From Paraspadella gotoi (lineage: Eukaryota > Animalia > Chaetognatha), in NCBI GenBank assembly GCA_051294375.1, contig JBJCIZ010000744.1:725076-789075 (forward strand): a stretch of 64,000 nucleotides of DNA, given 5' to 3'. Below are positions 1-11,277 of the stretch, piece after piece. The notes below the pieces were generated by a model. The model did not search any database and was not told the origin of the DNA. It was given only the letters and a program-made list of their open reading frames with translations. Made by a program: the position numbers and the translations under genes. How positions within the stretch are numbered: the stretch's first letter is position 1; every line of letters begins with the position of its first letter.

Positions 1-41
1 TAATGAGATAGCATTTAATACTGAAGGGCAATCCACTGCAC

Positions 42-3000
42 CTGGGCAAAAGTTGAGCCTCTGAACAACGTTGTCGTTGTAAAGTCGCCGGCGGGTTCGT
101 TGCCGCTGGGTTTGTGCATCGTCCCAATCTGATAGATCAAGGGAGCATTAAATAGTTAAGAACCAAGATTTAATTATTAATTGAGTAATAAATAATATGA
201 ATAACCTCGACATCATCGGGGAAGGCGGGAAGTCTGACGATTGGATCTCGTCGCCGTCGACCGAATTTGACCAACGCGATGCAGACGATCGTGGTGAGGA
301 GGAGGAGGGTCCCGATGAAGGCGGCCAGGAGAACCACGCCGAAGGGTTCTGGAGGAGGAAGGGGGAGTGGGTGGGGGTTTGAATGATTTGTTTAGGAGAA
401 AAGAGAAAAGTGAAGATAAGTAAAGGGAAGAGAAGAGAAGAAAAGAGCAGAGAAAAATGAGAATAGGAGAGATAAGAAGATAATTGTATAAGTTTTAAAA
501 AAGAAACGTTCAATTTGATGATAAAAGAACATTTAAATACGAAAAGTTGAAAGAAAGAAAGAAAAATGAGTCAAGATAAACGAGAAATGTAAAATGACTA
601 AAAAAAAGAGGAAAACATTAAGAGAAAAGAAAAAAGCAAATTAACCGGCGAGCAGACTTTTGTCCCCTTTTCCTCCGCCTCGTTTTCGATCCCCTTCGCT
701 CCTTTTGTCGTTGAGTTGAATCGTGGATTTTCCAGGGAGAGTCACCTCCACGTCCTTCGTCGCCACGCTGGGGGCGATGCCCTTCGCCTGAGGGGGGGAA
801 GTCGGTCGGTCGGTTCGATCAATCGATTTATCAATACTATTCGCTAAGGATATAAAATTAGCACTCATGGGAAATGAGAAGTATCAATCAAGCAAGCATT
901 TAATTAGATAATATTTGGAAGATAAAGAAATTAATAAAACATCGGGTGCCTCATGAGCACAATCAACCAATTCCCTTCAATAAATCAATAAATCAATCAA
1001 ATCCTACCCTAAGTTGCACGTCGATGACTTTATTTTCGTAGAGGAGCGGATCGAGCTTGACGCTGACGGTGTGGCCGCCGGCGATATCCTTCATCAAGTG
1101 CATCTGCTGACGCTTTAGCAATTCTCCGTTGACGTACCTAAGAATTATAAACGTTAATTTTTAAAATTATAGGATTCAAAGAATATGATTATTGAAAAGA
1201 GTGAATAGTAATAATAGTAGTTATCTTTAAAAAATACTTTTAAACTGCCTCAATCTTCTACCACGAGATGTTGTTGGCCGGAATCTGAGGATTCACGTAA
1301 ATGTTGCACTCGACCGTCACGGTTCCGTCCTGAAAAATTGTGACGAGGATCACAAGTGAACAAAAGTGAGACTCAATACAATTCACCGTAGATTATCGCC
1401 ACTCACGTGATTGAGATTCGGTTTGGCTTTTGAATGACAACCGAATTCGGGCCCGTGAACGTAATTCGCTCGCACGATCTCCGTCTTTGTTGTCCCTTGA
1501 AATTAAAATTAAATTGAATTTAAAATTAAAATTCGGCTCTTTGCCAAGTTAAATTATACAGTATAATGTATATTTCATGATAATTGATTAGATTAACTGC
1601 ATTTTAAAGTTCACCTCTCTTCACGTTGTTGGGGACTTCCAAGGTTAGTTGTACGGCGGTGTTAGTCGGCGACAGAATTCCTTTCTGCGTAAGCGAAGGG
1701 AGAGGAAAGCGAATGAGAAAGTACTTGAAGCATAGGGCGACACAACGCCGTATAATGCAAAAAATACAGCAAAGATGCTGCAAATAGAATGCGGCACCGA
1801 CTCGCTCAAAGATGCTGCCAATAGAATACAGCACCGACTCGCTCAAAGATGCTGCAAATAGAATGCAGCACCGACTCGCTCAAAGATGCTGCAAATAGAA
1901 TGCGGCAGCGACTCACGCTGAGATCGATCTCGACGACGACGCGTCCCTCTTCTTCCTTCGTCTTCGCCTTCACGCGTTTCTGATCCTCGAGAATCCAATA
2001 GATGTCGTCCTTGATTTCGGAGAGAGGGTTGCCCGTCTGTACGAACGAAATGCGGACAAAAAGTATTAAAGGTCAAAGAGATAAATAAATAGAAAGGGAG
2101 GAAAGATTAATTAACGCTTGGAGTAACGGAAGGCACTGTCCGCTAGACACTTACAGGCGTAAAGGATAAATGATAAAGAAATTAAAATCCTCGCTACAAT
2201 ATTAAAAAAATGTTTTCGCGACCACAACTGTCGCCACCGCAGCTCATCCGATCTACGACTTTAAGTCTTTCGATATTCGTGGTGATTATTTTGTTACTGC
2301 CTTCTATCCCTGTTTAAAATGAGATCGATCTTATTTTTTTTCATTAATAATATTCTTTAAAGCCAGTTCCCCCCCCAAAAAAAAAGACCGTCTTAGGAGA
2401 GCGATCCTCAAGTAAAGGACACAACGACCTCCAGTTGAATGGACAGCGACTCCCACCAACCAAAATCCTAGTTTACTCACGACTTGACACTGGAGGATGA
2501 AGTTCTTGTCCGTCCCTCCGATGAACATCAACTCTTCCTTCGGACAAAAGATTTTAGGCTCGAAGCGGACGTTGACTTCGCCGAAGGAGCAGGAGATGTC
2601 CGAAGGGGAAACGTCGGGGCTGGAGGATGGGGGGGGGGAAAGAGGAATCAAGAAAACGTCAAGATAAAGAAAGAAAGAAAGAATGAAAGAGAGTTACTTT
2701 TATCTTTTTCATCTTATTTTTAAAATGGTTGACAGTTTCTTTAATCTTTACCTGAGATACTTTTGACTGACTTCGCAAGTGATTTCCGCTCCCAAGTCTT
2801 CCGGTTTGGCGACGTATTCGTAGTCCGACACCATGTAAGTCTCGTGCATTTGGGGGGAACTGTGAAAGCAAGAATTTTAAAATGACCCATAAAAAACAAC
2901 TCTTATTATGCAACAAAATTAGCGTCAATACTTTGGTTTGATAAAGACGCGTCAACCGTTAAAATGATTAACTTTTCTGGATATTAGTCAAAATAATAAT

Positions 3001-3231
3001 TAGTTTCATTTGAATGGACTCTTTTAAATTAAAATTAATTCTATTAATATCAATCCATAAAAATGCCTCTCCCCTCACCCTTCGACGGTCTTGTTGTTCT
3101 TCTTCCACACGATCTGCCCGGAACCGTCCTTCGTCAAGTCGGTGATGTTGGCCGAGCAGCGCAACCGTTTGCTCTCGTTCTCCTCGACGACCAGCGACGG
3201 GGACGGACCCGCCCCCTCGCATTTCGGGGGG
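42..3231 (-). CDS. Constant region of a type-I membrane Ig-superfamily receptor (3 Ig-like domains, stalk, TM helix, cytoplasmic tail); 11 exons: 3231-3079, 2859-2752, 2619-2481, 2036-1917, 1684-1615, 1495-1407, 1329-1262, 1137-1008, 787-646, 348-206, 128-42
   Basis: All introns are GT-AG with matching phases (2,2,0,0,1,0,2,0,1,0) and give one open frame: (S)PPKCEGAGPSPSLVVEENESKRLRCSANITDLTKDGSGQIVWKKNNK...EDLGAEITCEV...FEPKIFCPKEE...ILQCQVTGNP..IYW...GPEFGC..VTVECNIYVNP..ISWYVNG...; TM PFGVVLLAAFIGTLLLLTTIVCIALV followed by KFGRRRR. It has no ATG or signal peptide of its own. The last exon either splices out of the window at 41 or reads on to TAA at 15-17. Confidence 0.9.
1770..1913. repeat. 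Intronic minisatellite, about 4 copies of a ~37 bp unit
   Basis: Unit CAAAGATGCTGCAAATAGAATGCGGCACCGACTCGCT repeated head to tail with no spacers, abutting the splice donor at 1916. Confidence 0.9.
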
Positions 3232-3433
3232 CTGGAAGGGGGGGGATAAGGATGGAAATAGGGGGAGGGAAGAATAAAGGGAAGGGTGAAAATGAAATGA
3301 TTAGAAAAATTGACCATCCAAATTGTTTCCAACCAACAAGTCCACTAATCCTAAGATTCTCTGTAAAAAATGAATCTATTTTTTCGGACCACTTCAATTT
3401 TTCTCGAACCACTTTATCCCCCACAAATAAAAC

Positions 3434-3958
3434 CTTATTACGGAAACGAGGAATTCAAAAGGCGAATCTCCGTTGCAGGAAAAAGTTCCGGAGTCAGAAA
3501 AAAATACCGAAGAGATTTCGAGAAGGAAATGGGATTCTTGGTCCTGTTGGATGGACGGCGCCAAATCGAGTAAAACGGTGATTGTTTAATGTTTATGATA
3601 TTAATAGATATAGAACAGTGATAGGTTTGGTCGATACTAATTGAGAAACATCGTATATAAATAGTAATAGTCGTCACATTATGACATCTTAAAAGAATAA
3701 TACAATCGTTTTGACTCTGATTTCGGCCGTCCATCCCTTGCTAAACGAATAGCGAGGCTCTTTGAGGCTGGGATATGGATTGACTCCGTGAGCGAGAGGT
3801 TTCGCCGCTCCTTTATTTGTCCAGAACCACGCCGGAGGATAAGTCGAAGAGCAAGAAAGACGCAACCGAGTTCCACGCAAAACAGTTTTAGAAATTTTCT
3901 TGGCGAAAATCACATTTGGAAATAAAATGAAAAGAAATATGACGAATTTCGTCTCCAT
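3434..3958 (-). CDS. Variable cassette V1 (signal peptide + Ig V-like domain), interrupted by a 193-bp insertion
   Basis: METKFVIFLFILF..LRLSCSSTYPPAWFW..EPRYSFSK (down to 3737) resumes in frame at 3543 as DQESHFLLEISSVFFSDSGTFSCNGDSPFEFLVSVI, then AG|GT donor at 3434/3433. Confidence 0.85.
3544..3736. mobile_element. Small foldback/MITE-like insertion within V1
   Basis: Imperfect ~33 bp terminal inverted repeats (GGATGGACGGCGCCAAATCGAGTAAAACG at ~3549 vs CGTTTTGACTCTGATTTCGGCCGTCCATCC ending 3736) around an AT-rich core; precise removal restores the V1 frame. Confidence 0.7.
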
Positions 3959-4275
3959 TTTTGAAGCAAAGGCAACGGAAGTCAAGGAAAAATCTATTCC
4001 AACAACTATAAGAGAATGTGGATGATGGAAAGGATTCGGACGTGTAAGGACACCTACCGAGAAAACGAAGAAAAACACGACCGGAAAAAAACAAAACTTC
4101 CGAAGGTAAAATGCTAACTGCAATTTCCATGAATTGAATTATATTTCTGACTTATCAAAATTCTTAGTCGCGTTGAAATTCAAAACAAGCACGATATGCG
4201 ATATGAATTCGATGAGTAGTCTTACCTGCATTAGATAATACCGAAATTGCTCTTTCAACACCGAATTGCTAATAC

Positions 4276-4610
4276 CTCAAAACACTTAGAGTGTACGAAA
4301 TCGATTTATCGCCATCGCAAATGTAGGTTCCCGCGTCTGAAGCAACAACTGGGTTAATCGTTAGTTCGTAAACGTTGTTCTGTTGTAAAAAGTTGAATCT
4401 CGAATCTTTAAGAGTCGGGTGTTTTTGTCCATTTGTCGCCAGCGTTTTGTATTGGGGTTTGATCTTGGCCCAAGGCGGAGGAAAGGAAGATTCACACTGG
4501 AATGTCGCGCTTGTTGAAACAATTTTGGATTGATTGATTGTTACTGCGACAGTTTTTTCTAAAATGCCCGCCGAAGCGCATAATAAAAGTACTTCCCACA
4601 ATTTTAACAT
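4276..4610 (-). CDS. Variable cassette V2 (signal peptide + Ig V-like domain)
   Basis: MLKLWEVLLLCASAG..FQCESSFPPPWAK..KHPTLKDSRF..DAGTYICDGD..YTLSVL, AG|GTAT phase-2 donor. Confidence 0.92.
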
Positions 4611-4884
4611 TTTAATTCATATATTTTTTACTTGATTCAATTTTTAATAACGCAAAACACGCCCGTAGCCAAAGCGAAAGGAGTTTTTAGTAACGCAGCG
4701 AAGACGTCGAGAATAACGGAACAAAACTTGTAGAGACCTCTGCCGTAAGAAGGCAACAACAGAAAATTTTAAAAGAACTAACTGAGGAACTTGAACCTAA
4801 GGCTTTAGACTAAATGTTTTTGCCATTCAAGCAGTGACAAAAAAGTGATCATAAATATTGTTTTAGCCATTATATTATGATTAC

Positions 4885-5246
4885 CTAATCACGCTTAGAG
4901 TGTAAGAGACCGAAATTCGACCGTCGCACACGTATTTTCCAGAATCGGAAAAAGTCACTCGGACGATTTCCAGTTCGTAAACATCGTCGCGATCGGAAAA
5001 ACTAAAACGATCATCTTTAAAATTTGGATGCTTAAGCCCATTAACTCCGATAGCTTTGTAGTCGCCCAATTTCGGACCAAGTTTTGCCCAGGGCGGAGGA
5101 AAGGAAGATTCGCATCGAAACTTGATGGTGGAGCCGGAAATAACGACGACGGGGTTGGACGTCGCATCGGAAGATTTCGGAATCGTGAAGAGAAAGAAAA
5201 GCATAAGGAGTGTAATCGACCAAGGACTTTTGATATTGATTCGCAT
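4885..5246 (-). CDS. Variable cassette V3
   Basis: Signal peptide, FRCESSFPPPWAK..DSGKYVCDG..YTLSVI, AG|GTAA donor; open frame. Confidence 0.92.
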
Positions 5247-5557
5247 CGAGTTTAGAATATTTATGCGGGACTTAAGTTGTTGAATTTGATAGGAAGTGCC
5301 AAGGCGTCAAGGCGAATAGTAATTCATGCTTTGATTAAGACAGCAGAGACTCCTTCGAGAAATGCAATAAATAGCGCGAAGAAAATAAAAGGGCAAATTC
5401 TGATAGTTTCCCCCCATTTACGACGCTAATTCTATTCTATATGTATTGGAACTATGGCTATGGAGTTTTTTTAATTCCGGGATTAACAAATTGGCGATAT
5501 AACTTTAATTCAATCAATTTATTTTCCAAATAATAAGTTAGATTATTTTGATTTTAC

Positions 5558-5896
5558 CTTAAAACACCGAGAGTGAAAGTAATGGATTCGTCTCGCGTCG
5601 CAAACGATATTTTCCGGAATCGGAAAGACTGACTCTCTCATGGAGAGTTTATAAACATTGGTCAGAGCAGAAAAGCGAAATCGTTCATCTTTGAAAGAGG
5701 ATGCTTTCGGCCATTCATGGCCAGAGTCTTGTATCGCGCGGATTCGACTTTTGGCCCAAGCCGGCGGAAAAGAAGAGTCGCATCGAAAAGAGACGCTCGA
5801 ACCCGATATGACGGCGCGATTGAGGGAAAGAGAGAGAATTTCTCGCGTCGAAAAAGTCAGAGAAAAGAGAAAGAGAATTTCCGACGGTGACATCAT
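5558..5896 (-). pseudogene. Variable cassette V4 (frameshifted in this assembly)
   Basis: MMSPSEILFLFSLTF..FRCDSSFPPAWAK..FKDERFRF..; single-base indels; AG|GTAA donor retained. Could be sequencing error rather than true decay. Confidence 0.8.
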
Positions 5897-6225
5897 AGTG
5901 ACGGCGAGTAAATAACTACTTTCACAACAACACAGAGGATGGACTTTCAATGAAGAAAAACGAAGCAGAAAAGCAAGGGATGATGAAGATCAGTAGAGCC
6001 TCCCTGCGTTTAAAATGGAAATCAACACCAAGAAAAAAGACAATTGCACATTCGGGAAGAAAAAGAGTAAAAAACGAAAAGCATCATATGAATTATATGT
6101 TCAATATTGTTGTATCTTATGTACTTCGCAGCCATACGGAGGGCAGGCACATTTTTTATTTCCAATTTACCAAGTCTAATTTTTGAATAATAACAAAACG
6201 CCGGATTTTGAGCATCAAATTTTAC

Positions 6226-6572
6226 CTCAGGAACGCTGAGATGTAAGAAAGGGAAGAGTCGCCATTGCAAACGTATTTTGCAGAATCGGAAATGACGACG
6301 CGAATAATCTCAAGTTCATAAAGATTTTTAATATTCGAAAATCGAAACCGATCATCTTTAAAGTTGGGGTGTTTTCGCCCATTGGCCGAAAGGGCCAGAT
6401 ATTCCCCTAATTTCGGATTGAGTTTTCCCCAAGGCGGAGGAAAAGAGGAATTGCATTGAAACTTCACGGTGGAACCAGCAATGACCGCAACGTCATTGGC
6501 AGCGACGGATAGGTTGATTGTCACAGAAAGAGCAACCAGCAGAAATTCCGCAAAAGTTGATGAACGACACAT
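6226..6572 (-). CDS. Variable cassette V5
   Basis: MCRSSTFAEFLLVALSV..FQCNSSFPPPWGK..KHPNFKDDRF..DSAKYVCNGD.., AG|GTAA donor. Confidence 0.9.
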
Positions 6573-6787
6573 TTTAATAATTTCAGTTTTTGAAACGAAG
6601 ATCGGCAGCTCGGGGAAAACTACCAAAAAGTCGTGAGAAAAGTAGGGAGCAGAGTGTATGATTACTATGATTAGTATCAGTAGCGCCTCTTCCCGGAAAA
6701 CACAAAAATTATAGATCTCAGAAAAAAAACAAAGGGCAACTGATATCAGAACGAACTTTTTTCCCCATCCATTTAATATTGGACTAC

Positions 6788-7122
6788 CTGACGACGCTCA
6801 CGATATAAACGCTGGACTCGTCTCCTTCGCAGATGTACTTCCCAGCGTCGCTCAAACGCGCATCGACGACGGTGACGAGGTAGACGTCATCTCTACGACC
6901 GAATCGAAAACGAGGCTCGTCCCATTTCGGGTGACGCTTCCCGTTGACGCCGATGGTTCGGTAGTCTTCGTTTCGCGGTCCAACTTTCGACCAGGGAGGC
7001 GGAAAGGACGATGGGCAGGAAAGAAGGAAAGTGGAGCCGAGAGAGACGGCGAGCGGTTTGGACTCTTGACCGGAAGAGACGGCGAGGATTGACAAGAGGA
7101 CGAGAAGAATCATTATTGTCAT
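6788..7122 (-). CDS. Variable cassette V6
   Basis: MTIMILLVLLSILAVSSG..LSCPSSFPPPWSK..DAGKYICEGD..YIVSVV, AG|GTAG donor. Confidence 0.93.
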
Positions 7123-7495
7123 TTAAAAGTAAATGATTTATTTTAATGATTTATTTATTAATGATTTATCGAAATCGGTGTCGTTAACTTAGTATTTCAA
7201 AGAAAATTCTTAGAGCCGAGAAAAGCCCAAAAATAAAATTTGACAAACAACATTCCCTGATTGGACGAGAACAAGTAGAGACGTCCCACGGAAAAAAAAC
7301 CCAAAAAGCATTGATGACAGAAACAAAAGGAAAACCGAACACTAAAAAATGTGAGTGAAAGAGAAAATAGAATGAAAACATTGCAATATATAATAATAAT
7401 ACATGGATTATGGAAGCTTCAGACTTCTGCTTAAATTTTTTTCTCCAAAATATTGTTTATCTAATTCATTTGTTAGTTATACACAATCAGAATAC

Positions 7496-7836
7496 CTAAC
7501 GACGCTCAACACCGTCGAAATCGATGTCTCCGATTCGCAGACAAATTTCCCAGCGTCTTCGAGCGAAACCCTTTTGATTCGCAAGAAATACCGAGATCCT
7601 TCGCCGACGAAAGAATATCTAGGATTTTTCAATTGTGGATGGGGAGTTAATCCGTTCATGGCGATCATCTTGTACTGATTCTGTTTGCCGATCCAAGTCC
7701 ACGGAGGCGGAAACGAAGATGAGCAGGAAAGCTCGACGTCGGCGCCCAGAAAAGCCGTCAGTTTGAAGTCGGAAGCGAACGAGGTCGTCATCGAGAGGAA
7801 AATAAGGATAAAGCGGGAAAAGATCGAAAGATTCAT
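7496..7836 (-). CDS. Variable cassette V7
   Basis: MNLSIFSRFILIFLSM..LSCSSSFPPPWTW..PHPQLKNPRY..DAGKFVCES..VLSVV, AG|GTAT donor. Confidence 0.92.
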
Positions 7837-8117
7837 ATTTTGATAGAGAGAGTGAGACAGCGACGAAATAAAATTGGGAAAGAAAGCAGATAAGAATAAA
7901 CAGGGATAAGAGACAAGCGATTCGGACCGGTAGAGACCTCCAGCGGTTTGAAATAAAAACAAAAGCGTCCACAGGAGATGGTTCAAACTTTGTATTTGAC
8001 TGAAGATATACGTATATGAAAAACTTCAGGAGAAAACAGTATATCTCTTAAAAATTAAGGTTTAACAATACCAATGAAAACCGTGGCACAACCACAACAC
8101 CACAACGTCTTAAATAC

Positions 8118-8458
8118 CTTAAAACATTAACTATCGTTTCGAGAAAAGCATCTCCTTGACAAACGAATTTCCCAGCGTCCTCGGGTTTAACGTTGGATAT
8201 TCGTAAAATGTATTTGTTTTCTTCCGCCATAAAATTGTAACGGGTATTTTGAAGATTGGGATGACGCTTTGTTCCAGCATAGGCAAGAGTCTTCTGTTGT
8301 CCGGCTTTGGGGCCGAACCAGGCCCAAGTAGGTGGAAATGATGAAGAACATGTCACATCGATATTGGTGCCTCGAAAAGCACTCTTTGTAACTGAACACG
8401 ATGACAACGACAACGAAATTGTAACAAAAAATGCAAGAAAGTGAAAATGCCACGCCAT
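8118..8458 (-). CDS. Variable cassette V8
   Basis: MAWHFHFLAFFVTISL..VTCSSSFPPTWAW..DAGKFVCQGD..IVNVL, AG|GTAT donor. Confidence 0.92.
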
Positions 8459-8813
8459 CGCGTTTTAAGGGACAAGAGAGAAAATTAGANNNNNNNNNNT
8501 GCCACGCCATCGCGTTTTAAGGGAAAAGAGAGAAAATTAGAGAATAACTTGAATAGAAAAAGTCATTCATGAACTGATACATACGAGCAGAGACCTCAAG
8601 AGGATGAAAATGATAACGAAAATAAACAGAAGGGCAAACTTGGAAGAGCTTAAAGTTAAATACTATTTTTTTCGGCAGTATTTTTTAAATGACGATAATA
8701 AAAGATAAAGAAAAGTTGAGATACGCAAAATTAGTTCTCGTTCTTGTTATTAACATTCTAAATTAAATTACGATCAAACTTCTAAGAAATATTAATTATC
8801 ATTGACTCCATAC

Positions 8814-9160
8814 CTTACGACGCTCAGCAAAGACGCGACCGAAGCGTCGCCTTCACAAACAAACTCCCCCGCGTCAGAAACCTCGACTTTCTCGATGAGA
8901 AGGACATAAACGGATTCTTTTTGCGAAAAAGAATATCTGGAATTCTTAAATCGCGGATGCCGAGTTTTTCCGTTTGATGGTCAGCATCTTGTCTTTCCTC
9001 CGTTGGCCAAACCAGTTCCAAGGCGGAGGAAATGAAAGATTCGCATTTTAAATTCAACCGAGGAATCCGTGAGAACCGTAGTTTTAAATCCACGACGGCG
9101 TGAACCGCGCGGGTAATTATGAAAAGTGCAACCACGAGAGCAAAACAGTTTTGATATCAT
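8814..9160 (-). pseudogene. Variable cassette V9 (frameshifted here)
   Basis: Homologous motifs spread over several frames; the 5' half is in frame in the copy at 24222-24344 (MISKLFCLVVALFII..VEFKCE); AG|GTAT donor. Confidence 0.8.
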
Positions 9161-9323
9161 TTTGAATTTCGTTTGTGAATGAATCGGGAATGAATTTGTA
9201 GAAATTTATCTCGAGTCTAACCAGTAGAGACGCTTAAGCGGGGAAAAAGAAAACTGAAATGTGGAGACAAAAGAACGCGCCCGATCTGTTAATAACAAAA
9301 AAGGAAGAAGTTTTTTAACCAAC

Positions 9324-9671
9324 CTGACAACGTAAGAACGAATTGTTGATAAACTCTCCATCGCAAACAATCTTTCCCGCATCCGAGGATTTGACGCTCG
9401 AAATTGAAACGACGTATTTGTTTTCACTTTTGTTGAATAAAAACGTGAATCTTTCAAGTTCGGATGTGGTCGCGTTCCCATAGAAGGCCAGGTCCGATGC
9501 TTCCCTCTTTAGGACCGAACCACGACCAAGTCGGCGCGCAAAGGAGGAGAGACAAATAAAGTCCACGGAGGCTCCAACCAAAATAGTTTTGATATCAGAA
9601 GCGTCAGAGAGTACAAAGTTTATTTTGTAAAGTAATAAACAGTAAAAAGCCACATAACTGTGAAAAGCCAT
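9324..9671 (-). pseudogene. Variable cassette V10 (frameshifted here; cleaner copy at 24508-24864)
   Basis: FICLSSFA..DAGKIVCDGE..; compensating indels relative to the copy at 24.5 kb; AG|GTTG donor. Confidence 0.82.
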
Positions 9672-9954
9672 GATTTCTAATTTTCCGATTGAAAACTATT
9701 TGGACGACTTGGGGAGCGAATCTAACTCGTATAGACGCCTGTTGTCGTATCAATCTTTTCAACGGAAAAACAAAAGGTCTAGAGGATAGACACTAGACAC
9801 AAGACAGACGAAGAAGTTTATATCTTATTGAATGTAATTTCAAAGAGGCTCGCTCCATCGCAGTGTACAATAGTGAATTGATATATTCGATAAGAAAAGA
9901 ATAGGTTTATTATTATTCATAAACAAATAAAATAAACCATTAGCTTTCTCTTAC

Positions 9955-10283
9955 CTCAAAAACGGCGACTAGATAAACCCGTCGACGAATCTCCTTCGCA
10001 CACATATTTCCCCGCATCCCCCAACGCAACATTGGAAATTTTCAGAGAAATAAACTGATTGAACTTTATAAGGAAACCGCGGATCATCCCAGTTTGGATG
10101 CTTTCCCCCGTTCAACCCTATGATGCGATATGTTCCGCTGCTCGCGCTGCTTTTCGACCAGGGAGGTGGAAACGAGGAGGAACATTTCAGCTCGACGTTG
10201 GTCCCCATAATTAAGCTTAGTTTAGATTCCTCGCATAAAGTCACAAAGACAAAGGTGGAAATTAAAATTATTTGGCGAAACAT
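9955..10283 (-). pseudogene. Variable cassette V11 (frameshifted 3' half)
   Basis: MFRQIILISTFVFVTLC..LKCSSSFPPPWSK..KHPNWDDPRF..; ends YLVAVL AG|GTAA. Confidence 0.85.
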
Positions 10284-10560
10284 CCTTTGAGATAATAGTA
10301 CAGAAAAAGATGCAGCACTTTGCTAGGAGAAATTTTGATCACCGACTCAAGAATCAGACACATGGAGCCACCACACTTTGAAATCAACCAATTAAAAAAC
10401 AAAAAGACACGGGACTACCAACCAACAAGTTATTCTTTTTTGAAAACGATTTCATAAGAACAAATTAAAATTCATCATTTATTAGAGAAAAAAATGAAAG
10501 AAATAAAGGAAGAAAAAAATAAAAATATAAAGAAAGAAAGACAGAAAGAAAAGTCAGTAC

Positions 10561-10886
10561 CTAATTAAGTTAAGAACGATCTGATGCGAAACATCTCCAT
10601 CACAGACGAATTTCCCCGCATCAGATTTGTTCAAATTTGAAATGAACACGGAATACTCATCGTTCTCCTTTTGAAAAACATAACGAGAATCCTTGAGAAT
10701 TTGGATGCTTATTTAGTTTCCCGAAGCAAGGGTTTTATGTTGGTCCTGTTTAGAGCCAAACCACAGCCAAGTCGGAGGAAACGTCGATGAGCAAGATATT
10801 TTTACTGAAGAGTTAACAAGTTTTGTGATTACGGTTTGTTTTGAGGAAACCAAGCCCAAACTGATGAAGAAAAGGATTTTATACAT
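10561..10886 (-). pseudogene. Variable cassette V12 (one or more indels)
   Basis: MYKILFFISLGLVSSKQTV..ISCSSTFPPTWLWFG..DAGKFVCDGDVSHQIVLNLI AG|GTAC, read from the reverse complement. Confidence 0.82.
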
Positions 10887-11144
10887 TTTGCTCGAAAGAA
10901 AAATATTGCAGTTAATAAAAATCAGACAAATTGAAAAAGGATACGGATATGTTGCGACACCAAACGGGATAATAAAAAATTAAAGTCAACAAATGCTCAA
11001 TTCCGATCTATGCATGAATAACTAAACTGAAAAACAGATTATAACAATGATATACATACTTTGAAATTAATATATATGGCATAATTTTTTTTCCCTGAAT
11101 CATAATGCTTTTAATTTTTTTATGCAAAGAAAACTGAAACTTAC

Positions 11145-11268
11145 CTCAAAACAGAAACAATGTATGTCACGGGAGAGTCACTGCCACAGACATACTTCCC
11201 GGCGTCGGCCAATGTTATTGCCGAAATTTTAATTCCATAATTCGAACCATCGTTAGCAAAGAGAAAAG
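11145..11268 (-). pseudogene. 3' fragment of cassette V13, cut at the duplication junction
   Basis: ..FANDGSNYGIKISAITLADAGKYVCGSDSPVTYIVSVL AG|GTAA; the same sequence with its 5' half lies at 19765-20139. Confidence 0.8.
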
Positions 11269-11277
11269 AGACGAGAT

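Noticed and set aside
1770-1913. 37-bp repeats as a CRISPR array
   Set aside because: Units are contiguous with no unique spacers, there are no cas genes, and the repeats lie in a eukaryotic intron.
2100-2470. Extra exon in the constant-region intron 2480-2037
   Set aside because: Candidate frames hit stops or lack matching phases; the flanking exons already join in frame (CQV-TGNP).
8451-8545. Direct repeat around the V8 start codon
   Set aside because: Same sequence on both sides of a 10-N gap: contig overlap artefact (also seen at 39400-39440).
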